In this document: positions 11,386 to 22,234 of the stretch, piece by piece
Layout of the letters: every line of letters begins with the position of its first letter
Numbering within the stretch: position 1 is the stretch's first letter
From: Octopus sinensis
Lineage: Eukaryota
NCBI RefSeq assembly: GCF_006345805.1
Contig: NW_021832937.1
Coordinates: 1 to 29,037 of the forward strand
Direction: 5' to 3'
Length of the DNA: 29,037 nucleotides
The notes under the pieces: generated by a model
Databases searched by the model: none
The model's input: the letters and a program-made list of their open reading frames with translations, nothing else
What the model was told of the DNA's origin: nothing
Position numbers and translations under genes: made by a program

Positions 11386-11420
11386 GGACCATCGAAAAAA
11401 TGCTTGTCACAATTATTCGG

Positions 11421-13027
11421 GTGTCTCAGAAATATGTACACCCTTAAAAATTTTCAGTAAAATTTACATTACTCTGATAATATCGAAGGAAATCAAACGA
11501 AATTTATCCCGAATAAAATATATTATACATGCAAACATTATACATATTTAGAACACAAAACAATAAACATTTTCAATGATATGAATGAAATATTAATTTT
11601 CAAACGTCACAAAAATATGTACACCCTAAAGGAAATTTGCTATACTCAATATTTTATCCACTTTTCTTTTTTTTTTATACTAAATTCAGATATTGCTGAT
11701 AATTTCAATTCTAATAAAATAATTGTCCAGGCATTTTTGCACCGGTCATAGTCATTGCATTTTCAGGAATTCTGATTTGTGTGCCATGGTGAAAATCGTC
11801 TTCATTGTGATTAAAATGGCACCAAAAAGAAAAGAATTGTCTGAAGATTTGAAGAAAATTATTTTTAATTTGCACAAGAATTGTTTAGGATACAAGTTAA
11901 TTAGCAAACGAATGCATATGAGCGTAAACACATTTGCGAAAGTAATTCAGAAGTACAAAGCGACTAGACGGCTAAACAATAGAGATCGTCCTGGTCGTCG
12001 TTCTATTTTAACTGCTCGTGATATTCCCCACATCCAACATTGCGAGATGGACGACAGGCGTCGTACCGCTTCATCTTTGGCCCAAGAAATGTCTTCTGTT
12101 AATGGAAAGAGTGTGTCCGCCCAAACAGTTCGCCGAATGTGGTCTTCATGGACGCATTCCTCGTAGAAGCCTCTCCTCACTACCATGCATAAATCAAGTC
12201 GTCTTTCTTTTGCCAAAAGCTATGTAAGTGGAAGGAGTTTTGGAATAAGATTCCTTTTTCTGACGAGACTAAATCAACTTGTTTGGGTCAGTTGGTATTA
12301 AACGAGTATAGCAACGACCAGGTAAAGATGATAACGACAAATACACCGTGCCTACCGTGAAACACGGCGGCGAAAGTGTTATGCTTTGGGGATGCATGAG
12401 TGTGGCTGGTGTCGGAGAACTCACATTTATTGAAAGAACAATGTATTCAAGGCTTTATCGCGACATATTGCAGAAAACAATGTTGAAAAGTATCAAGGAA
12501 CGAGGAAGACATTCCATGTTCCAGCATGATAATGACCCTAAACACACTTCAAAGATAACGACTAAGTTTTTGCCAGATAAAAAGGTAATGGTATTGCCTT
12601 GGTCTACCATGTCACCTAATTTAAATCCAATAGAGTATCTGTGGGGTGTTTTGAAAAGGAAGGTTGAAGAGGGAAAACATCGCAAAGTAACACAGTTGAA
12701 AGACAGCATTCAGGATGAATGGAGATCGATTTTATCGGTTTTATGCGAAAATTTGGTCGACTCTATGCCCAGAAGACTTAATGCAGTCATTGAAAACAAG
12801 GGCAGTCACACAAAATATTGATTATAGCAAATAATCTTTTAGGGTGTACATATTTTTGTTTCGTTCATATCTTTGAAAATGTTTATTGTTTCCTGTTCCA
12901 AATTTGTATAATGTTTGCATGTATATATTATTCAGTATAAGTTTCGTTTGATTTCCTTCGATATTATTAGAGTAATGGCAATTGTACTGAAAATTTTTTT
13001 GAGTGCACATACTTCTGTGAGATACTG
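11421..13027 (+). mobile_element. near full-length IR/DR-type Tc1 transposon (about 1.6 kb)
   Basis: Long inverted termini 11421-11652 and 12815-13027, each with two direct repeats (AAATATGTACACCCT-type). TA follows the right end (13028-13029); the left end lacks its first bases. Confidence 0.93.
11816..12821 (+). pseudogene. Tc1 DD34E transposase, frameshifted
   Basis: MAPKRKELSEDLK HTH start, GRR motif, FSDET (about 12260), KHGGESVMLWGC, FQHDNDPKH...SPNLNPIE with 34 residues between D and E. Frameshifts and a stop lie between 12140 and 12340. Confidence 0.93.
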
Positions 13028-13066
13028 TATCTATAGTTTTATACACACACGCACACACACATAACT

Positions 13067-13332
13067 ATTACAATGAATACAGAGATCGGTATATTTGTAT
13101 ATCTTTTTTTTTATTTCTCCAGTGAATTATACAGCATATTTGATATAAGCATGTCCGACACACGTTTCTGTTTCATAGCCCCCTCGCAATTGCATTAGCA
13201 TTCAGTTATTGGAATTGCGAGATGGCTATGCAGCAGAAACGTGCGTCGGACATATTTGAATCAAATATGCTATACAATTGACTGTCGAAATAAAAAGTAT
13301 GCTGATTCACTAATCTCCGTATTCATTGTAAT
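13067..13332. mobile_element. degenerate ~265-bp fold-back (MITE-like or inverted PLE terminus)
   Basis: Inverted arms: ATTACAATGAATAC(A/G)GAGAT, TTTATTTC, AGCATATTTGAT, ATGTCCGAC(A/G)CACGTTTCTG, CATAGCC, CTCGCAATT; spacer about 20 nt. Confidence 0.8.
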
Positions 13333-14046
13333 TTTATTGAATGAACACTCGGTAAACTACTTATAATCCAGCGAAGCGAACCCAGGATTTACTCACCGGA
13401 TGAAATACATTGGGATTGTTTACCCTAAGTAACCCTAGATGTTCCTTATAACTCGATGCAGTTAGCCATAACCCGGATTATAACTGAGTGCTTGCACAGT
13501 AACCACCTGAATACTTTATCCTTCTCTATTCATTATATACGAGTCAACCTCTGGACATGATAGGGAAAAGCAGCATCTGTCTGATTTTATAAATATATAT
13601 ATTTATAAATGTGAAAATAATTGGGCATCTTGATACTTTTCTGTCAAAATCAGTTTGTGATGGGAAAATTTCCAGATACATTGATTAGAATTACATTCTC
13701 GACAACCAGATTGACATTCATCAAGCTTCAAATTATGGGAACGTGTAAAAACTATATTTTATTCAAATAAATCTAATTCACGTTATTACTGAACGTTAGC
13801 TTCCAAAAGTATTCCAAGAACTTCAGAATCGGATTCAAGTTTGGTTCATAATGACGATGGACATGCTGAAAATTAACAATTTCAAGAATAAAGCCTGTTT
13901 TTCAGACAGTAATTTATTCTTTCAGTTAAATTCTACCATTTATAGAACTAAAATTATACACCTTTATAATTGCAATAGAATGATTCAGTGTGTGTGTGTG
14001 TGTGTATGTGTGTGTGTGTGTGGTGTGTGTGTGTGTGTGTGTGTAT

Positions 14047-14217
14047 GTGAGGGCGCATGGTATAGTGGTTAGGGTATTGCACTCACAATCTAGCGACCGT
14101 GATTTCAATTCCTAGACCATCATAGACCGGGTGGTGCGTTGTATCACGTTGCTCTGCCATCACTTCAACACCTGACGCGTGGTACACAATGCACCTATTC
14201 AGGTAAAGTTGATTTTA
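14047..14217 (+). mobile_element. tRNA-derived SINE (family C-type head), truncated
   Basis: GGCGCATGGTATAGTGGTTAGGGTATTGCACTCACAATC...GTGATTTCAATTCC is a tRNA-like head related to the reverse complement of 18040-18097. Confidence 0.7.
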
Positions 14218-14222
14218 TGCAC

Positions 14223-14274
<52 letters not shown>

Positions 14275-14397
14275 CTAATGTGTGGCATGAATATTTGGTC
14301 GCGATAAACAAATATTATATCTCTTACAGGTCTTATATCTCTTGTGCAGGTCGTTCGGAAAAAGCTGAACGCACATTCGTCTTCTTTGACGGGAGAG

Positions 14398-14465
<68 letters not shown>

Positions 14466-14467
14466 CA

Positions 14468-15746
14468 CGAGGGGCGTTCAATAAGTAATGCCCCTGACCC
14501 ACTTCCCATAGCAGTAGAGCAACGAAACTTGGCACAGTTATTAATCTTTTTCTATATACGAACCCCCCAGAGTTACGCATTTCTCCCATCGTTTGATGCA
14601 GCTCTGAAAACCGTTTTTGTAGAAGACCCCAGCTTGGTCCTCCAACCACGACGCCACTTCAGAAATCAAGGCTGCATCATCTGGGAAACGCTTTCCTTTC
14701 AAAAACAACTTCATGGCTGGGAAGAGGTGAAAATCAGAGGGTGCAAGGTCAGGAGAGTAGGGGGATGGGGGATGAGTTCATAGCCGCACGCCTGTGCTTC
14801 TGATCTGGCGACACGCGAGTTGTGGATCGGAGCGTTGTCCTGCAGGAGTAGGATGCCTTTGCTGATCTTGCCCCGCCTCTTGATTTTGATAGCTTCTCTT
14901 AATTTCCTCAGAAGTGAAGCATAATAGACTCCTGTAATTGTGGCACCTTTTGCCAGGAAATCTGTCTTCACTACTCCGTCCTGGTCCCAGAAGACTGTAA
15001 GCATGACCTTGCCAGCGGAGGGCTGCACCCTTGCCTTCTTTGGAGGAGGTGAGTCACGGTGCTTCCACTGCATTGACTGGGCTTTGGTCTCTGGATCATA
15101 GTGATGGACCCAGGTTTTATCCTATGCAATCAGTCTTTTGAAAAATTTTGACTCATCTTCTTGGCACATCTCCAAATTCATCCTCGAGCAATCGACGCGT
15201 TCTTGCTTCTGGAAAGGTGTGAGCAACCTGGGAATCCATCTGGCAGACACCTTTTGCATATGCAAATGGTCATGAATGATAGTTTCCACAGACCCGGTAC
15301 TAATCTTGACCTCATGGGCTATTTGGCGAATAGTTATGCGTCGATCTTCCAAAATGGCAGCCTCAACTTGACGGACAGATGCCTCATCAATGGCAGAAGG
15401 GGGCGACCAGATCTGGGAGCTGTTTCCACAGAGTCCCGACCATGTTTGAATTCACGATGCCAGCGTTTTACAAGGTCATATGATGGGGCATCATCACCAT
15501 AAGTTACTTTCAATTCATCAAAAGTCTCCCGTGGTGTGCGTCCTTTCAAATACAAAAACCGGATCACTGCTCGACACTCAACATGCTCCATTTCACACTT
15601 GACTCAGTTCAAACACCTGTAAATCGAAAACCACAATTAGTTCAGAGCTGTAATCTATAGAGATATAAATATTTGCACATGCAAAATTTCAGCTAGATCA
15701 AACAACTGCAAGTGGGTCAGAGGCATTACTTATTGAACGCCCTACA
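14468..15746 (-). mobile_element. full-length mariner transposon (about 1.28 kb)
   Basis: TIRs GGGCGTTCAATAAGTAATGCC(C/T)CTGACCCACTT at both ends; TA at 15747-15748; typical mariner length. Confidence 0.95.
14541..15591 (-). pseudogene. mariner DD34D transposase, irritans-like
   Basis: MEHVECRAVIRFL...RSGRP, WIPRLLT, (G)DKTW, LLLQDNAPIH...HPP(Y)SPDLAPSDFHLF with 34-residue D-D spacing. Visible lesions: frameshift near 15400, stop at 15122-15124, frameshift near 14762. Confidence 0.95.
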
Positions 15747-16039
15747 TACTAGTAGAAACATCCGTCATTGACTGGGTTGAAAAAAAAACTGCCAAAATTG
15801 TACTATTGAATATTGCAAGTTATTCACTTAGACTGTATTGAATATGGCTGGAAATGAAACTTTTTGTGGGGCATCGTAGGAAGGTGAAATAATTGTTGTT
15901 TGCGTTAGTCAGCAGGCAGCACAGGAATCTGAAAGACTTACAGGCGTTAAGGAAAGTTCATCATAATTATACTGATTTTATTATGGTTTTTGATGAAATT
16001 GTAAAGTTACTTATGGATGAAATTGTAATTATATTGTAG

Positions 16040-16103
16040 GTTCAAGTTGAACCTCGTTTGTGAAATAGAAGAGATTCACGAAAATAATTACGCAAGGATG
16101 AAA
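16040..16103 (+). CDS. candidate internal exon D (64 nt, phase 2 to 0)
   Basis: attatattgtag|G...ATGAAA|gtaaat; open frame (W)FKLNLVCEIEEIHENNYARMK, phase-compatible with exon C. Confidence 0.3.
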
Positions 16104-16499
16104 GTAAATTATGAAGTTACATGAGGATGATCAAACGATTCTGCTTTGATGGGAGCGACAAGTTTTCAGGCATAACTACAGATTACTCCCACCCTTGTTG
16201 CCGAATAACTTCCAGAAAAACTAATACTTTTTCACAAAATTTTCAACAAACCCCGCTTAGATGCCGTACATTCAGAGTATATCTGGTTTTATGGGAAAGA
16301 ATTATTTCGTGGGGTGCAGAGAGGAGTTTCAGAAAATTCACACGACCCCATTTCCCTCTCTCCCTCATAATTTTGAGGAAAATGGGTATTTTTTAATGAA
16401 ATTTTATGCAGTTATCTTTGTAATTTTATACATTACGATTATAAAGAAAATTGTGGGTAAAAGGTTCTCGGAGACGACGGGGAGAGGAGTTTCGAAAAA

Positions 16500-16810
16500 A
16501 GACCGACCATGAAAATCTTGTAAGTTCATTTTTTTTTCTCCAACTCCTCCATCCTCTTCCGACCGATTTTCGCGATTTTTCTTGGTACTTAAAAACTATG
16601 AGAGGAGCCTTTTCGGTACTAAAACAAAAATTTTTTATATTTTCAGAGGAAAAACTGTGATTTAAGGGAAATTTGGCTGTAGTTTCTAGCACATCCCAAG
16701 ATCACCCTCCTTGTTTCTTTCTCACTCTCGCATGTATTTATGTTTTTAAATATTTTCTTCCCATAAACACATTTATTTTATTAAAAACCATTTGAAAATT
16801 TATGATATTT
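16500..16810 (+). repeat. copy of the 7359-8023 fold-back family (left arm plus spacer)
   Basis: GACCGATTTT..., CTTAAAAACTATG, ATTTTCAGAGGAAAA, GTTTCTAGCAC...CCCATAAACACATTT match 7465-7760. Confidence 0.75.
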
Positions 16811-16964
16811 TTTCACCCATCTTTCTGCTTATAATTTTAAATATTGGACGGACTGATAAAGTCATTTCTGGCATTTATCCACACTGATTAAGAAAAGTGT
16901 GGTGGCGCTATTTAAAAGAGAGTTCAATTTAATAGCATACTTTCGGTTACAAAATATTTTTTCT

Positions 16965-17009
<45 letters not shown>

Positions 17010-17124
17010 ACAGGGCTTCGTAAGATCGAAGTGGGGTCAAAATTTAAATTACCGTTTTTTTTTTATTTGGTTGTTGCTTTATATCCCACCAAAGGACCAC
17101 GCGTGTGTTACTTCCGCATCATCA

Positions 17125-17270
17125 TTCCATAAATGTGTTTATGGGGAGAAAAATATTGTAAAACGACAATACATATGAGAGTGAAAACCAGGAAGGTGGT
17201 CTTCGGATGTGCTAAAAACAACAGCGAAATCTCCCTTAAATCACACACAATTTCCTCTGAAAATACACCT
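17125..17270 (-). repeat. inverted partial copy of the same family
   Basis: AAATGTGTTTATGGGGAGAAAAATATT...AAATCTCCCTTAAATCACAC...TTTCCTCTGAAAATA is the reverse complement of about 16640-16775. Confidence 0.75.
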
Positions 17271-17790
17271 CCTCGGAAAATACACAGTACTGTGTATTGC
17301 AACAAACAAGCTTTGCTGTAGCCTTTCTTACTATAGATATGGACACACACACACACACCACACACACGCGCACACGCACACGCACAAGGATAGAGATGAA
17401 GAATGACTTATTTTACAGGGCAGAACAAAGTTGATTTCTTACTGAATTTTAAACTTAGACAATTTTCCTTGTCTAATTGTTTCCATGGGCTTCTTTTGCA
17501 TTTGACTAAATAGGTACCAGGTCTTGTTGGTTTTGAATTGTCATCAAATGCTTCTCTAACTTTACTTTTTCAGGTAGGAGTGTCGGCTTTTCACAAATCC
17601 ACAAACCCATTTTTACCTCTGGGGAGGAGAGGTCGTTATATATCAGGCCTCCATTCTTTGATCTTTACTGCATTAGAGGTTCCATCAGGAGCTTGTGCTC
17701 TGCTGACATAACTCTCATGGGTTACTGAGGCCCACAAGCCATCCTTCCGTGAAAAGGACCGGACCTCACGTGAAACCAATATAACTGGTT

Positions 17791-18097
17791 ACGATGACAA
17801 GGGTTCCAGTTGATCCGATCAACGGAACGGCCTGCTCACGAAATTAACTTGCAAGTGGCTGAGCACTCCACAAATATGTGTTTCCTTAACATAGTCCACA
17901 GGGAGATTCAGCAGGACACAGAATGTGACAAGGCTAGCCCTCTGAAATACAGGTACATCTCACTTTTGCCAGCTGAGAGGACTAGAGCAATGGGAAATTA
18001 AATGTCTTGCTCGAGGATAAAAAACACCACTGCATATCGAACTCACAACCTTACGATCATGAGCCGAATACTCTAACCACTAAGCTAAGTGCCGTCA
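17791..18097 (-). mobile_element. tRNA-derived SINE family C
   Basis: Reverse tRNA-like head (ATCGAACTCACAACCTTACGATCATGAGCCGAATACTCTAACCACTAAGC) plus a body I recognise as a common octopus SINE (GGGTTCCAGTTGATCCGATCAACGGAAC). Confidence 0.8.
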
Positions 18098-18211
18098 TAC
18101 ATACATACATAAAAAAACATACATACATACATACATACATACATACATACATACATACATACATACATACATACATACATACATACATACATACATACAT
18201 ACATACATACA

Positions 18212-18244
<33 letters not shown>

Positions 18245-18270
18245 TTATTTATATATATATATATATATGA
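18098..18270. repeat. (CATA)n/(TA)n microsatellite
   Basis: Directly visible. Confidence 0.97.
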
Positions 18271-18277
18271 ATATATA

Positions 18278-18472
18278 ATACAAAATGGGACTAGAACGCA
18301 AAACATCTAGACAGTTAGATGATACAAAAATGAGACAACAAAACATCCAGACATCCAGATAGACCATACAAAGAAACCAAGGACGGGTCATTCGAAGTTT
18401 TCTTTCCTCAGTCAAGTACCAGATTATCTTCGCAATTTCGGCTGATTATACTCGAGATTGCTCCAATCTGGC

Positions 18473-18506
<34 letters not shown>

Positions 18507-18965
18507 TCTTTTATTGGTTTCAGCCATGCGGCTGCGGTCAAGCTGAGGCACTACCGTGATTTTCAACATTTACATATGATTCTTCTTGGGCTGATTTCTT
18601 CGGTGGTGGGGGTTCACATTACCACCCCTGTTTATATATCTACATTTAAAAGTCTTTGTGAAAATTACTTCATACAGTTTTACTAAGTATAAAAATGAAC
18701 TTTCTAAAAAGAATTTTTCTTTTTTTTTTAAAGTTATGAATTCTTTATCAGAACGGCACTAACCTTTGTGGCAGAAGTTTCTTTCTAGTGTGTGTAAGCG
18801 CTTTCGATTATCTTTTCAAACACGCACACACATATATGCGCGCGAGTAATCAGCCGAAATTGCGAGGATGATCCTGTTCTTGACTGAAGATTGAAGGCTT
18901 CGAATGTCCCGTCCGTGTTTTTTGTATCGTCTTCTAAATGTTTTGCGTTCTTGTCCCAGTTTGTA
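18278..18965. repeat. two inverted copies of a dispersed repeat (18278-18475 and 18843-18965)
   Basis: Shared blocks GGGAC(T/A)AGAACGCAAAACAT, GGACGGG(T/A)CATTCGAAG, CAGTCAAG, TCGCAATTTCGGCTGATTA in opposite orientation. Confidence 0.8.
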
Positions 18966-18966
18966 T

Positions 18967-19059
<93 letters not shown>

Positions 19060-19086
19060 TGTATGTATGTATGTATGAATATATAT

Positions 19087-19287
19087 TTAAAGAGGTGATT
19101 TTAAATTCTCAAACGCAGGATAATGCTAATAATTTAGCCTGAACAGGATAAGCTACCCCTAGTTTGCAGAAAAAGGTATTGGCGGCGGCCGCCAACACTT
19201 TTTTTCTGCAAAGTAGGGGTAGCTTATCTGTTCAGGCTAAATTATTAGCATTATCCTGCGTTTGAGAATTTAAAATCACCTCTTTAA
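19087..19287. mobile_element. ~200-bp palindromic MITE with TTAA flanks (Kolobok/T2-type candidate)
   Basis: TTAA|AGAGGTG...CACCTCT|TTAA; 100-bp arms around a single central G (19187), with a few mismatches and indels only near the centre. Confidence 0.75.
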
Positions 19288-19349
19288 CTTTCTAAGACAT
19301 CTCAACGCTTCTAAAGCAAACTTCGTTTGTTTACGTTCATCGTAATTGA

Positions 19350-19368
19350 ATTCATATATACATATATA

Positions 19369-19462
<94 letters not shown>

Positions 19463-19500
19463 TATATATACATACATGCATACACACACATACATACACA
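19350..19500. repeat. (TA)n microsatellite
   Basis: Directly visible. Confidence 0.97.
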
Positions 19501-19810
19501 GACATGATGTGTGTAAATGGTTGTTTTTAATGTTAGTATATGCGAATGTGTGTATGTCTGTAAAGACGTAGTCAATTAGATTAATAAATCTCACGAGCCA
19601 CTTCACTTAATCTGAAAATTAGATACAAAGCAACTCCACTGAGAAACGTCAGCGATTTTATGGAGCTTTGAGGAATACACAATTAACAGAGCGACCATTT
19701 AGAATCATATTTATGTTCAGTGCCAGATATGTACTTTCCGATGTGCCAGTTATTTCTATTTGAAGAACAGACACCGAGAAGTGTTGTATATGGGGAGTTG
19801 TTTGAAGAAC

Positions 19811-20055
19811 AGGTAGCGAGGCTGGTAGAATCGTAGGCACGCCGGGCGAAATGCTAAGCGGTATTTCGTCCGCCGCTGCGTTCTGAGTTCAAATTCTGCC
19901 GAGGTCGACTTTACCTTTCATCCTTTCGGGGTCGATAAATTAAGTACCAGTTACGCACTGGGTCGATATAATCGACTTAATCCGTCTGCTTGTCCTTGTT
20001 TGTCCTCTCTATGTTTAACCCTTTGTGGGTAGTAAAGAAATAGGTAGCGAGGCTG
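19811..20055 (+). mobile_element. SINE family B, young copy with 14-bp flanking direct repeat
   Basis: Well-preserved body (TTCTGAGTTCAAATTCTGCCGAGGTCGACTTTACCTTTCATCC); AGGTAGCGAGGCTG at 19811-19824 and 20042-20055. Confidence 0.85.
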
Positions 20056-20137
20056 CGTGATCTATAACGCAGTATCGCAGAATATGATGTGGCATATGAA
20101 AAGCAAGCGCTATATACTGGTGAAGTATAGGATGCTT

Positions 20138-20345
20138 AAAAGTGGCAGATTGGCAGACTCGTTAGAGTGTCGAATAGACGGTCTTGCGGTAATCGTTCCG
20201 GCTCTCTGCTTTCTGAGTTCAAATTTTCGTGAACTCAACTTTACCTTTCATGATCAATATCTAAGGTACCAGTTAAGTTCTGGGGCTGATTGTTATCTCC
20301 CTCCACTCTATCTTCTCTGTCTCCTCTTCCTTAGATTATGTTTGT
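20138..20345 (+). mobile_element. SINE family B, older copy
   Basis: TTCTGAGTTCAAATTTTCGTGAACTCAACTTTACCTTTCATGATC...AAGGTACCAG resembles 19880-19950. Confidence 0.75.
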
Positions 20346-20774
20346 AGATCAAAGGGTTTAGCTTCCCATATTGTGTCCCGTCGATTTGGTCTGAAAATTA
20401 CGTTAAACTTGTCTGTGGAATAGTCAACTGATTACACGTTTATTTCAGTAGAAATTCATTTGGTTGAGTAGCCAAAAGCTCATCGCTTAAACTGACAGAG
20501 AACCACTATATGATGCTTATTTCTCCCGAAAAATACTTCCGTTTCCAGATTGTGATGGTCATTTATTCACGTATTTATTTCGTCCACTTAACACTTCTGT
20601 GATATAGGTGTGACTCGGACCTCTGCCATGATTCAAAATTATAGCATCAAGTTACACTTGGATGAGCAAACTCACACAAATACTCACTAAAACTCGCTCA
20701 CATACACTTTTGCACATGCAATTATATATACATACACTAGTTATATAATTTCTTACATAAGGATTTTCTCAGGA

Positions 20775-20930
20775 GAGGGTAAGTCGATACCCTCTTGACT
20801 AGTACTTTATATTACTGACCCCGACAAGAACAAAAGGAAATATTGACCTCGACGGGATTTGAACTCAGAACAATATGAGCCAGAACAAATGCGAAGCTTT
20901 TTATCCGATACTCTAACATTTCTGCCAATC
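20775..20930 (-). mobile_element. SINE family B, degraded inverted copy
   Basis: GACCTCGACGGGATTTGAACTCAGAAC...CTAACATTTCTGCCAATC is the reverse complement of family B head and body. Confidence 0.7.
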
Positions 20931-21674
20931 CACACATAAACTAGTAATATAATAGATTTCATGAAATTTTCTAGTTTGTGAGTCGCTTCGTGATTAATCC
21001 TTCTGCCTTAGACGAATTGGTTCATATTGAATGGTCAGATTCCTCTTTTCCAAGCGACGACCTACAGACTTATCCAATCTCGCCAAGCTTAGTATTTGTA
21101 ATTCTATGCGAGCAGAGTTTTGCTTCCAAGTGATATTAATACCACTTTAAAATGATATTTAATGGCTTCAAAATAAGCGATTTCAAAGTGGAATTAGCAC
21201 AAAAAGATTTATTAGAAAGACTAACACAGAAACATCATAACATCATAATGGGCCTTGTAGGGCCTGTGGAGACCTAGCAAGCCAAAAAAATTTTAAAAAA
21301 AAGAAAGAAAGAAAACCAAAATTTGTCAACAACGTGAACATGCTAAGTTACAGGTTTTCACCAAACAAGCAACGAAGCAAAAGTTCATCACAAGGTTGTA
21401 ATAGCTTCCAGGTTTCCGCGGTTAACTACAGGGATGGCACGCGATATTTGTTATAACTTTTTAGAATTTGCAATTCTAAATGAGAACAAATCACTCCGCA
21501 GTGAAAACCTTGTTGCTTCACAGTGAAATTAGCGATTTCAAATTGAAGCTGGTACATTTGCGAATATGTTATAAAATAACTCTTTAGAGAATAAGCAGTT
21601 AAAATCAGTATGAGTTTTGCTTAAGTGAAATGTGATCACATTGAAATTCCTGTTGTCACTTTGAATTACAAATA

Positions 21675-22019
21675 CAGACATACCTCAGCTTACGACGGTA
21701 ATTGGTTCCAAGACATGCAACTTAAATCAAAAAACGACATATCAAGAAAAATCATTTTACAAAAAATATTAGATTATTACTGTTTTAAAAAATGATTTGT
21801 ACATATTTTCACATGTATTTTAATCTGATTCTCCGCTTCAGTAATGGTTTTTAGTTGCTTTTAAAAATATTTTTATGCTTTGAAATAAGTTCTCTGAGAC
21901 CGACGTAAAGTCGGATAAATGGACTGAACTTGAGGTTTATTTATTTAAAAAAATAATAAATAAAACGTCGCAAAATCGAAAAGGGTTAACTCGAAACGAA
22001 GTAAGTTGAGGTATGCCTG
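21675..22019. mobile_element. pogo/Tigger-like MITE (345 bp)
   Basis: TIRs CAGACATACCTCAGCTTAC and GTAAGTTGAGGTATGCCTG (2 mismatches in 19); TA at left (21673-21674), CA at right. Confidence 0.8.
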
Positions 22020-22234
22020 CATTGTAGTATACGGCATGTGATGTTATCAAACAATACATGACATGATATCTCCCGTAATGAATGCACTCATCAATGCCAA
22101 ACAGTTTTTCTCTACGTCGCTCTTGCTTTCTAGGACATTAGAATGTGAAGAGATGTCTTATGAATACTTTTACAATTTCTTGAGTCAAAAAGAAAGTTTC
22201 TCAGTGATTTATCTTTTACTTGCTTCAGATCGAC

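Noticed and set aside
13650-13880. Short open frames (NYILDNQIDIHQASNYGN; SKSIPRTSESDSSLVHNDDGHAEN*)
   Set aside because: Splice sites are weak and phases are incompatible with the candidate exon chain.
18884-18912. CTGAAGA...GAATGTC as a hammerhead
   Set aside because: No A15.1 or stem III and no stem I complementarity.
21010-21135. Possible exon DELVHIEWSDSSFPSDDLQTYPISPSL
   Set aside because: The acceptor is plausible, but the donor is ambiguous and there is no supporting context.
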